The notes under the pieces were generated by a model that worked only from the letters and a program-made list of their open reading frames with translations, searched no databases and was not told where the DNA came from. From positions 589,030-653,029 of the forward strand of contig CAVPRN010000001.1 of the NCBI GenBank assembly GCA_963707935.1: DNA of 64,000 bases, given 5' to 3'. Position 1 is the first letter of the stretch. Each line of letters starts with the position of its first letter. Of this stretch, positions 41,204-48,727 are shown piece after piece. The position numbers and the translations under genes are program-made. The DNA is from an uncultured Acidobacteriota bacterium. Its GTDB lineage: Bacteria > Acidobacteriota > Thermoanaerobaculia > UBA5066 > Gp7-AA6.

Positions 41204-42625
41204 TCAGGCAATCCCGAGCAGTCTGGTGGCCAATCTGAAAGCGTGGTCCCTCAGCTCGGGGACGGCCGTCGCCTCCCAGTCGCGAGCCTTGAGCAGCGGA
41301 CCGACCAGCGAGAGCACCGGCGAGGGTCTGCCGGCGGCATCGAGCAACGCGCCGTCAGCGTCCGCCTCGAGACCCAAGCCCAGTGGATCCGGCCGTATCA
41401 AGCCGGCCTCGCGGAGAGATCCGATCAACCGGTCGTCGAGTCGCCGGGCGTCGGTCGAGGGCCCAGTGCAGTTGACGACGCGTGCGACCCGAAGACTCTC
41501 CTCCTGCGATCCCCCTCGCGGGCGGAGCCGGACGTCGACGCCATCGCCTCGCTCGGCCAGCGCGAGGATCCTGCCGGCACGGACCCGGAGCTCCCCCTGC
41601 TCCCGCATTCTCTCGATCGCTCGAGCGGTCTCGGGAGCCGCCCGGTGCCGATGGACGTCCCACCACGGACGCACGTGTCTCAGGAATCGAGCACGTTCCC
41701 GCAGGTCGAGCTGCTTCCAGAGGAAAGGAGTGAGCGGCCGAGCCGCCCCGAGAACGCTTCGCCAGTCGCGACCCTCTGCGCCATTGGCCGCCACGGCCGC
41801 TCGCAGCTGATGCATCAACCCGCGCGCCGTTGCCGGGGAGGGCGATGAGAAGCCTGCCGGTAGCTTCGCGGCCGGGCCCGCGCCGGCACCGTCTCGATGC
41901 GGACGAGGCAGCAGACCGTGGCGCGACACCGCATGAAATGGGCCGTGGATCCCCCGCGCCCGCAGATCGAGCGCAATGTCCATCGTCGTCAATCCCGTGC
42001 CGATCATCAGGACGGGCTCGCCGCGATCGATGACATCGAGAGAGCCGCGGATCCACGGGTCGCGCACGTAGCGAGAGCTCTCGAAGAACCGTGGGTCCTG
42101 AATCGGCAGATCTGCAGGCGAGTAGTTGCCGAGCGCGAGCGCGACGTGGTCCGAGGCGAGAATTCGGCCGTCGGCGAACCGCATTTGAACGACAGGCAAG
42201 ACCCGGCCGTCGGCGGAGAGGACCCGAGCGACGGCTTGGTCCACGTCGAGCGAGCAAGCCTCACCGATAAGGCGCTCGAGAACGACGCGCTCGGGCGCGC
42301 GCGCCTCGGCGTCGGCGAGTACGCGCTCCAGATATTCGCCGTAGAGCCGGCGCGGCAGGAAGGTCTCGGCCGTGATGCCCGGATCGCGCTCGCGCGCGAA
42401 TCTGAGGAACCCGTCGGGCTCGTCGGGAAACACGCTCATCTGCCCGGCCGGGACGTTCAGGACGTGGGCTTCCAGGCGCGTTTGATAGGCCACACCACGG
42501 CCGATCGGGCCGAATCGGCTGGCCAGCAGAACATGGACGGGACGATTCTGACGAAGCAGGTTCGCCGCCAGGGCGACGCCGGAGAAACCGGCGCCGATGA
42601 TCAAGACGCGGGGCGCGAGAGTCAT
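41204..42625 (-). CDS. FAD/NAD(P)-binding protein (YdhS-like, FAD-NAD(P)-binding family)
   Basis: Start MTLAPRVLIIGAGFSGVALA (GxGxxG) preceded by GGAGA, with a second dinucleotide fold VLMIGTGLTTMD. An upstream ATG at 42673 is an alternative start. Confidence 0.7.
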   Translation of the reverse strand: MTLAPRVLIIGAGFSGVALAANLLRQNRPVHVLLASRFGPIGRGVAYQTRLEAHVLNVPAGQMSVFPDEPDGFLRFARERDPGITAETFLPRRLYGEYLERVLADAEARAPERVVLERLIGEACSLDVDQAVARVLSADGRVLPVVQMRFADGRILASDHVALALGNYSPADLPIQDPRFFESSRYVRDPWIRGSLDVIDRGEPVLMIGTGLTTMDIALDLRARGIHGPFHAVSRHGLLPRPHRDGAGAGPAAKLPAGFSSPSPATARGLMHQLRAAVAANGAEGRDWRSVLGAARPLTPFLWKQLDLRERARFLRHVRPWWDVHRHRAAPETARAIERMREQGELRVRAGRILALAERGDGVDVRLRPRGGSQEESLRVARVVNCTGPSTDARRLDDRLIGSLREAGLIRPDPLGLGLEADADGALLDAAGRPSPVLSLVGPLLKARDWEATAVPELRDHAFRLATRLLGIA

Positions 42626-42730
42626 GAGAGTCTCCGGTTTCGTGGCGGAACTTCCGCGCTCCTTGGTCGGCACGGACGGAAGCCCCCACCGCTTGGTTCA
42701 ACGCATCTGACCCGGCTGGAATCGCGAGGC

Positions 42731-43972
42731 TCACAGGTACAGCTGCACCTGCACCCGCACGAACCGGTCGTTGGCCGGAGCGCCGGCGCGCTGCCGGTGG
42801 AGCGTCGAGTACTCGAGCAGCAGTTTCGCGTTGTGCTTGCGGAAATAGTAGGTCGCGGCGGCGTTGACTTCGCTCTGCTGGTCCCGCGTCACGGCCCGAT
42901 TGGAGTCGATCGAGGAATAGCGCAGCGCGAGGCCGAGGCACCCGATCGTCATGGCGCTCACTTCGGCGTAGTAGCCGCGCGCGTTCAGGGCGACGCCGCT
43001 CGCGACGCCGCGTGCGTACCCGATCAGGTATTCGCCCTGGAAGGTCAGCCCGAGCCAGGCGACCTGCGTGTCGACGCCGGCCGATCCGACCTCGACGTCC
43101 TCGCCGGTCTGGAAGAGGCCGACGTTCTGCCCGAGCCAGCCGGTGGCGCTGGCGTAGGAGGGAAAGGCGCTTTCGAAGCCCGTCGCCGAAGTCTTCCGCA
43201 GCGTGTTGTAGAAGCCGTTCGCGCCGATCGAGAGCTTCGGCTTCGGCGAGCGGTGCAAGTCCGGTTCCCCGACACGCGGATCTCCGAAGGTCGACCAGAC
43301 GACCCGAGCGATCGGCATGACGTGGTTCGTGCCCCGCAGCGTCGTCTGGCCAGCCCCGCCGAAGACGCCGGCGGCGTACTGGAAGACGGAGCCCTTGGAG
43401 AAGCCGAGCATCATGACGCCGGAGTCGCGATTCGGCTTGAACGCGTCGATCGCGATCGACCGCTCCGCGAACATCAGCACGCCGTCGTTCATCAGCTCCT
43501 GCCGTCCGAAGGGAGTCTTCGACTGACCCGCCTGGACCTGCAGGAGCTCGGCGAATTTCCAGTTGAGCCAGGCGTCGTCGAGGAGCCTCACATTGTTCGC
43601 ATTCTCGAAGGCGAGCTGGAAGCGGTAGGTCAGCCGGGGATCGAAGGCGAACCCGGTCAGATAGAACTTGAACCGCCGGACCCGGAACTCGGTGGCCGAT
43701 CCGGGTCCGTCCACGTCGAGGTCCGAAAAGCGCACCTGCAGGTTCGAGCCGACGGCGAGGTCGAAGAGCCCGTCCGACGTCCGGAAATCGAAGCCGCGCC
43801 CCTCGATATACGTCGGATTCGGACGCGGCTCCGGCTTGGCCGGCTCCTCGGCTGTCTTCGACGGAGCCTCCGAAGACGCCGCGGCCGCCGAATCGGAGCC
43901 TTCGCCCCTCTCCGCGGTCGCCGAGACGGGGCCTACCAGCAACACCGCCAGGGCCAGACAGGTCCTTCGCAT
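42731..43972 (-). CDS. Phosphate-selective porin O/P family outer-membrane porin
   Basis: Signal peptide MRRTCLALAVLLVGPVSATA. Beta-barrel pattern with LQVRFSDL, RVRRFKFYLTG and a C-terminal ...RFVRVQVQLYL. Confidence 0.8.
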   Translation of the reverse strand: MRRTCLALAVLLVGPVSATAERGEGSDSAAAASSEAPSKTAEEPAKPEPRPNPTYIEGRGFDFRTSDGLFDLAVGSNLQVRFSDLDVDGPGSATEFRVRRFKFYLTGFAFDPRLTYRFQLAFENANNVRLLDDAWLNWKFAELLQVQAGQSKTPFGRQELMNDGVLMFAERSIAIDAFKPNRDSGVMMLGFSKGSVFQYAAGVFGGAGQTTLRGTNHVMPIARVVWSTFGDPRVGEPDLHRSPKPKLSIGANGFYNTLRKTSATGFESAFPSYASATGWLGQNVGLFQTGEDVEVGSAGVDTQVAWLGLTFQGEYLIGYARGVASGVALNARGYYAEVSAMTIGCLGLALRYSSIDSNRAVTRDQQSEVNAAATYYFRKHNAKLLLEYSTLHRQRAGAPANDRFVRVQVQLYL

Positions 43973-44053
43973 AGTCGCCTCCGACGGGGGAGTTGACCCC
44001 AGCTATTCGATCTTGTCAACGGAATCCATAGTAAATCGTATATAATCGTTTAT

Positions 44054-44461
44054 ATGGACCAACGACTTCCGGACAGGCTCACCGCGGCCGAGGCGGCGAA
44101 GGCCGTGGGCGTGAGCTACGCGACGCTCAAGCAGTGGATCTATGGCAAGAAGATCCGATCGGTGCGCACGCCCGGCGGGCACCATCGCATTCCGGTTTCC
44201 GAGGTCGCGCGGCTGCGGGGCGCGGCCGTCGGGCCGCTGCCGTCTCTGGAATCGATCAGCGGGCGCAACAAGCTCGCGGGCATCGTGACGCGGGTGAGGA
44301 TGTCCGGGCTGCTGGCGGAGATTACGATGGACATCGGCGGGCAGAGTTTGACGGCCATGATGACGAAGACGACGGCACAGAGGCTCCAACTCCGCTCCGG
44401 CGCGCCCGCGGTGGCGGTGATCAAGGCAATGGATGTCATGGTCATCGCAGGTCAGGCGTGA
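44054..44461 (+). CDS. MerR/excisionase-type HTH fused to a TOBE (Mop) molybdate-binding domain; probable molybdate-responsive regulator
   Basis: HTH LTAAEAAKAVGVSYATLKQWIYGKKIRSVRTPGGHHRI. TOBE block SGRNKLAGIVTRV...AEITMDIGG..LTAMMT...GAPAVAVIKA. A TATAAT at 44041-44046 sits 7 nt upstream of the ATG. Confidence 0.8.
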   Translation: MDQRLPDRLTAAEAAKAVGVSYATLKQWIYGKKIRSVRTPGGHHRIPVSEVARLRGAAVGPLPSLESISGRNKLAGIVTRVRMSGLLAEITMDIGGQSLTAMMTKTTAQRLQLRSGAPAVAVIKAMDVMVIAGQA

Positions 44462-45222
44462 AGACAAGAGTGATCGTTCTGGCGGCCCTGGTCGGAGTCT
44501 TCGGGCTCGGGGCCTCGCGGCCGCCCGCCGGGCCGGAGCTCCTGGTCTTCGCCGCCGCGAGCCTGACGGAATCCGCGCAGGAGCTCGGCAAAGCGTTCGA
44601 AGCGAAGACGGGAACGCCGGTCCGCTACTCCTTCGGCGCCTCGTCCGACCTGGCCCGACAGATCAAGGCCGGCGCGCCGGCCGACGCCTTTTTTTCGGCC
44701 GACACGGCGAAGATGGACTATCTCGAGGCGGCGGGTCTCGTCCGCAGCGAAGACCGCCGCGAGTTCCTCTCCAACCGGCTCGCCGTCGTCGTCCCCGCCG
44801 GCGCCTCGTCCGCGCCCGCGACCGCCGCGGAGCTCGCCCGCCTTCCGCGCATTGCGCTCGCCGACCCGCAGGCGGTTCCGGCGGGCATCTACGCGAAGAA
44901 GTGGCTGGAATCCGTTGGGCTCTGGTCCGAAGTCGAGCCGAAGGTCGTCCCGACGCTCGACGTGCGGGCGGCCCTCGCGGCGGTCGAGACAGAGGCCGCC
45001 CCCGCGGCCGTGGTGTACACGACCGACGCGGCGATCTCGAAGAAGGTGCGCGTGGCCTTCGTCATCGAGAAGGGACCCGAGATCACCTACTCGCTCGCGC
45101 GCGTGGCGGCCGCGAAGAATTCCGCCGCGGCCGAGGCCTTCGTCGACTTCCTCGCCGGTCCGGACGGGCGCACGGTCTTCGAGAAGCGCGGCTTTCTCGT
45201 GCGCCCGAGACCACGCCCCTAG
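44458..45222 (+). CDS. modA: Molybdate ABC transporter substrate-binding protein ModA (no modB or modC adjacent)
   Basis: GTG start overlaps the regulator stop. LVFAAASLTES, YSFGASSDLARQI, ADAFFSAD and VPAGIYAKKWLES are ModA blocks. Confidence 0.85.
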   Translation: MKTRVIVLAALVGVFGLGASRPPAGPELLVFAAASLTESAQELGKAFEAKTGTPVRYSFGASSDLARQIKAGAPADAFFSADTAKMDYLEAAGLVRSEDRREFLSNRLAVVVPAGASSAPATAAELARLPRIALADPQAVPAGIYAKKWLESVGLWSEVEPKVVPTLDVRAALAAVETEAAPAAVVYTTDAAISKKVRVAFVIEKGPEITYSLARVAAAKNSAAAEAFVDFLAGPDGRTVFEKRGFLVRPRPRP

Positions 45223-45321
45223 GTCCGGCCGCTCGCCCGGTCCCGGAACCGCTGGCCGTCAGGAGGTCGGCGAGATTAGGATTGGAGACCAACAGGACAA
45301 CTGACGAGCGATCGAGACCTG

Positions 45322-46275
45322 ATGAGCTTGCAGGCGAGCGTCGTCATCGCGACGTGGAATCGAGCGCATCTTCTTCAGGGGACGCTCGACGCGCTCGCCG
45401 CGCAGAAGGTCGACGATTCCCTGGAGTGGGAGATCGTCGTCGTGGACAACGACTCGAGCGATGCGACGGAGCAGGTCGTCGCCGCCTTCGCGAAGACGAC
45501 GGCGACGCCGGTCCGCTACGTGCTCGAGCGCCGTCCGGGCGCTTCGAACGCCCGGAATCGAGGCCTCCGGGAAGCCCGCGGCGCGATCATCGCCTTCACG
45601 GACGACGACGTCCTGCCGGCGCCCGATTGGCTCGCGGCCCTGGTCGCGGCGATCGGGCGCTGGAACGCGGATGGCGTCGGCGGGCGAATCCTTCCCCGGT
45701 GGGAAGCGCCCCCGCCGCGCTGGCTCACGCGAAACGAGGTCCTGCTCTCGCGCCTGGCAATCATGGACGACGAGAGGAGCGGATTTCTCGCCTTGACGTC
45801 GAAGAGGCCCCAGGTCTGGGGCCCGAACATGGCCTTCCGCCGCGAGTTCTTCGAGAAGGTCGGGAATTTCGACCCGAACCGCGGAGTCGTCCGCGAGAAA
45901 CTTTTTCGCGACGAGGAGTCGGACCTGATCCACCGAGGTCTCGAGCGGAATTTGAAGATCGCCTACGACCCGGCGCCGACCGTCTTCCATCGGATCGGCC
46001 CCGACCGCATGCGAAGGGCGTACTTCCGAAAGCTGTTCTTCGACTCGGGACAGTGCCGCGCGCTCGTGACCCCCGTCGGGGACGCGCCCTCGTTCCTGGG
46101 AGCCCCGCTGCGGCTCTATGGCCTCCCCTTGAGCATCCTGAAATGGGTTGTCCTGCTCCTCCTCGGGCGGCCGTCGGCCTTCAACCAGCAGCTCGGCTGC
46201 TTCTGGCAGCTCGGGAGGCTCTCGGGGTACTGGAAGACCTGGCGCCGCGGCTCGTCCGAAGCCGCGAGCTCGTGA
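45322..46275 (+). CDS. Family 2 glycosyltransferase
   Basis: ASVVIATWNRAHLL...VVVDNDSSDAT...ARNRG...IAFTDDDVLP (GT-A fold with DxD). Confidence 0.8.
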   Translation: MSLQASVVIATWNRAHLLQGTLDALAAQKVDDSLEWEIVVVDNDSSDATEQVVAAFAKTTATPVRYVLERRPGASNARNRGLREARGAIIAFTDDDVLPAPDWLAALVAAIGRWNADGVGGRILPRWEAPPPRWLTRNEVLLSRLAIMDDERSGFLALTSKRPQVWGPNMAFRREFFEKVGNFDPNRGVVREKLFRDEESDLIHRGLERNLKIAYDPAPTVFHRIGPDRMRRAYFRKLFFDSGQCRALVTPVGDAPSFLGAPLRLYGLPLSILKWVVLLLLGRPSAFNQQLGCFWQLGRLSGYWKTWRRGSSEAASS

Positions 46276-46296
46276 TCGAGGCGGCCCTTCTCGGCG

Positions 46297-48210
46297 TCAG
46301 ATGTGCTCCGGCCTCTCCGACGGGGACGATCGAACGACGCGTTCATACCACTCCTGCACGACGTAGACGCGGAACCACAGGGAGGCTCTCTTCCGGTTGA
46401 CGGAGTCGGTCTGGAAGGACTCCGCGCAGCGGCGAGACCAGAGCCCGCTGGCGCGGAACGGCTCGGAATGGAGCATGTCCAGGAACCGGGGCCGGAGAGC
46501 CTCGAAGACGACGTAGTCGTTGTTTCCCGGAGTGGCCAGTTTCCTCGGGAACGCGCTCACCTCCGCCGCGAGCAGCCCCTGCACCGCCTTTCGAAGGACG
46601 GCTTTGTTTCGCCCCCGCTCCATGAACCGGTGAAAAGGGAAGGCGAGCGCCGCCTCGACGAGCTCGTGGTCCATGTACGGAGCGCAGAGATCGAGCCCGT
46701 GCGCCATGGCACTGCGGTCCTCCAGCCGCACGAGCAGCGACATGTTCGTCCGCAGGCAATCGAGGAGGCTTCGGAAGAAGGCTCGGCCGCGGCGGATCCC
46801 GCGAAGATCGATCTCCACCGGATCGGTCGAGCCCGGGATCTCTTCCCTCTCGTCCTCGAGCGGCGCGAGGAGCTCCAATTGCGTCGGAGGCGTGGGACGC
46901 CGCCGCCGAAAACGCTCCGCGCCGACGGCCCGCTTGACGGATCGCGCGAGAGACACCCGGACGTACCGCAACGCATCCCCGAGGATTTGCGTCGCGGGCA
47001 ACTTCAGAAAATCCCTTCCGCCGAACACGAAGCGGGCCGCTGCAGCCAGCCGGCCGTCGGCCAGCAGGGCGACGAGGAAGGGCGGGGCGAGGTAATGGTA
47101 GCCGGCGAAGATCTCGTCGGCTCCATAGCCGACGAGAACGGCCCGACACCCCGCTTCCGCCATTCGCCTCCGCACGAGGAACTGGTAGAAGACCCCGGAG
47201 GACTGGACCGGCTCGTCCTGAGCGTCGATCAACTGCGCGAAGGAGCGCGGGTAGTCGAGCCCGTCGAGCGGGACATAGGAATGCGGAATCCCGGTGTGCC
47301 GGACGGTCGCGTCGATCAAAGAGCTCTCGTCGTCCGTCTCCGGAGGCGTGATGCTGAACGCCTGGAGGTCGGACACCCCCCGAAAGGGGGGCAGCGCGAG
47401 GATGGCTGCGATGCTCGCGCTGTCGATGCCTCCGCTCAAGGAGAGGCCGACGCGAACGTCCGGCGGCGTGTGGCGCTCGACCGCCGTCGTGAGCCGGTCG
47501 AGGATGGAGTCCGCGGTCGCTCCCGGCGCCGCGCAGGGGCGCAGGGTCCAGTAGCGCGCACTCGCGACGCGGTCTCCGTGGATCCGGAGGTTGCTCCCCG
47601 GCGGGACCGGGCGCACACGGGCGAAGAGCGTGTCCGCCCAGTCGTCGATGCGGCCGCTGCGGACGAACTCGCGCACGCGCCCGCGGTCCATCTCACGGGC
47701 CCCGGCATGGAGCGCCCGCAGAGCCTTGATCTCGGAGGCGAACAGAAACCGGGAGCCGTCGGAGAACCAGTAGAGCGGCCGCACGCCGAGGCGGTCGCGG
47801 CTGGCGAGGAGCTCTTCGGTCCGCTCGTCCCACAGGAGGGCGGACCAGATTCCTTTCAATCTCTCGAAGCACCCGTCTCCGTATTCCGCGTAGGCGGCGA
47901 GCAGGAGCGCCGCGTCCGAAGAGAGACCCGCCGGGGTCCCGCGCGCGCGAAGGGCGCGGGCGAGCTCCTCGCGGTTGTGGATGTGGCCGTCCAGGACGAC
48001 CGCGATCTTTCCCTGGAGGCCGACCGCGGGCTGAGGCCCGCCCGCGCCCCGGCCGACCGAGGAGACCCGCGCCCCGAGAAAGACGTTCCTGCGAAGGAGC
48101 GTGCCCTCCCCGTCCGGGCCGCGGTGAGCCAGGCGCCGGAGCGCCGACACGTAAGGATCCGGCTCCTGGGCGATTCCCGACGCGTCGTAGACGCCGAGCA
48201 GACCGCTCAT
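46297..48210 (-). CDS. Asparagine synthase (AsnB)-like amidotransferase with Ser in place of the N-terminal catalytic Cys
   Basis: Starts MSGLLGVYD where class II glutamine amidotransferases have MCG. The synthetase domain has the PP-loop-like block GLSLSGGIDSASI. Confidence 0.75.
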   Translation of the reverse strand: MSGLLGVYDASGIAQEPDPYVSALRRLAHRGPDGEGTLLRRNVFLGARVSSVGRGAGGPQPAVGLQGKIAVVLDGHIHNREELARALRARGTPAGLSSDAALLLAAYAEYGDGCFERLKGIWSALLWDERTEELLASRDRLGVRPLYWFSDGSRFLFASEIKALRALHAGAREMDRGRVREFVRSGRIDDWADTLFARVRPVPPGSNLRIHGDRVASARYWTLRPCAAPGATADSILDRLTTAVERHTPPDVRVGLSLSGGIDSASIAAILALPPFRGVSDLQAFSITPPETDDESSLIDATVRHTGIPHSYVPLDGLDYPRSFAQLIDAQDEPVQSSGVFYQFLVRRRMAEAGCRAVLVGYGADEIFAGYHYLAPPFLVALLADGRLAAAARFVFGGRDFLKLPATQILGDALRYVRVSLARSVKRAVGAERFRRRRPTPPTQLELLAPLEDEREEIPGSTDPVEIDLRGIRRGRAFFRSLLDCLRTNMSLLVRLEDRSAMAHGLDLCAPYMDHELVEAALAFPFHRFMERGRNKAVLRKAVQGLLAAEVSAFPRKLATPGNNDYVVFEALRPRFLDMLHSEPFRASGLWSRRCAESFQTDSVNRKRASLWFRVYVVQEWYERVVRSSPSERPEHI

Positions 48211-48341
48211 GGCGAAAGGGTTCTCCCGAGTTTCCTGCCCGGCGCCTGCCGCCAGGAGCCTTCCCCGATGCGGCCCCGGTCCATACGAGGATGATGACGG
48301 AACTCGGTGATTTCCGGGCGGGCGCCTCCGCCGGTCCCCGA

Positions 48342-48365
48342 CTCCAGCAGCCTGCTGAAAAATGG
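48342..48365 (-). promoter_or_regulatory. Shared upstream motif, copy 1 (faces the AsnB-like gene)
   Basis: The minus strand reads CCATTTTTCAGCAGGCTGCTGGAG. The 13-bp palindrome CAGCAGCCTGCTG is at 48345-48357. Confidence 0.45.
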
Positions 48366-48586
48366 ATGCGGGCGTCGTGTCCGGCACTTTGCATCCGGCG
48401 CCCCCCTGCCACGATCGATCGATCCGTCATCGCCGACCAAGGGGTGCCGGCAAAGTGCCGTCCACCCTTCGGGTTACGGCGGCGCGGGGCCATCTGCGGC
48501 GTCATCGCTCCTCGACGATGCAAAGGCATCGCCGTCGTCGCGCTTCCTTGCATCTGACCCCGCGGCGCTCGTAACACCATCCCACA

Positions 48587-48610
48587 CCCTTTTTCAGCAA
48601 CCTGCTGGGG
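48587..48610 (+). promoter_or_regulatory. Shared upstream motif, copy 2 (faces the dehydrogenase/PKD gene)
   Basis: The plus strand reads CCCTTTTTCAGCAACCTGCTGGGG. It is an inverted copy of the motif at 48342-48365. Confidence 0.45.
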
Positions 48611-48727
48611 TAAGCTCCGTCCGTTCGACCGTCCGCGGAGGCAGGCATGACCGTCCGCGGGAAGAACAATCCGTCGAATTTACGTCACGGGGGCCGATCC
48701 GACCACCCGGATCGAGAGGAGAGGACT

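Noticed and set aside
48381-48395. GGCACTTTGCA might be a sigma-54 (-24/-12) promoter.
   Set aside because: The GG-to-GC spacing is about 8 nt, not the roughly 12 nt of the TGGCAC-N5-TTGC consensus.
46297-48727. The AsnB-like protein lacking the catalytic Cys could be a lasso-peptide cyclase, with a precursor peptide in the 517-bp upstream gap.
   Set aside because: No transglutaminase-like protease, PqqD-like RRE or ABC exporter gene is adjacent. The neighbours are glycosyltransferases, and I could not find a convincing short precursor ORF.
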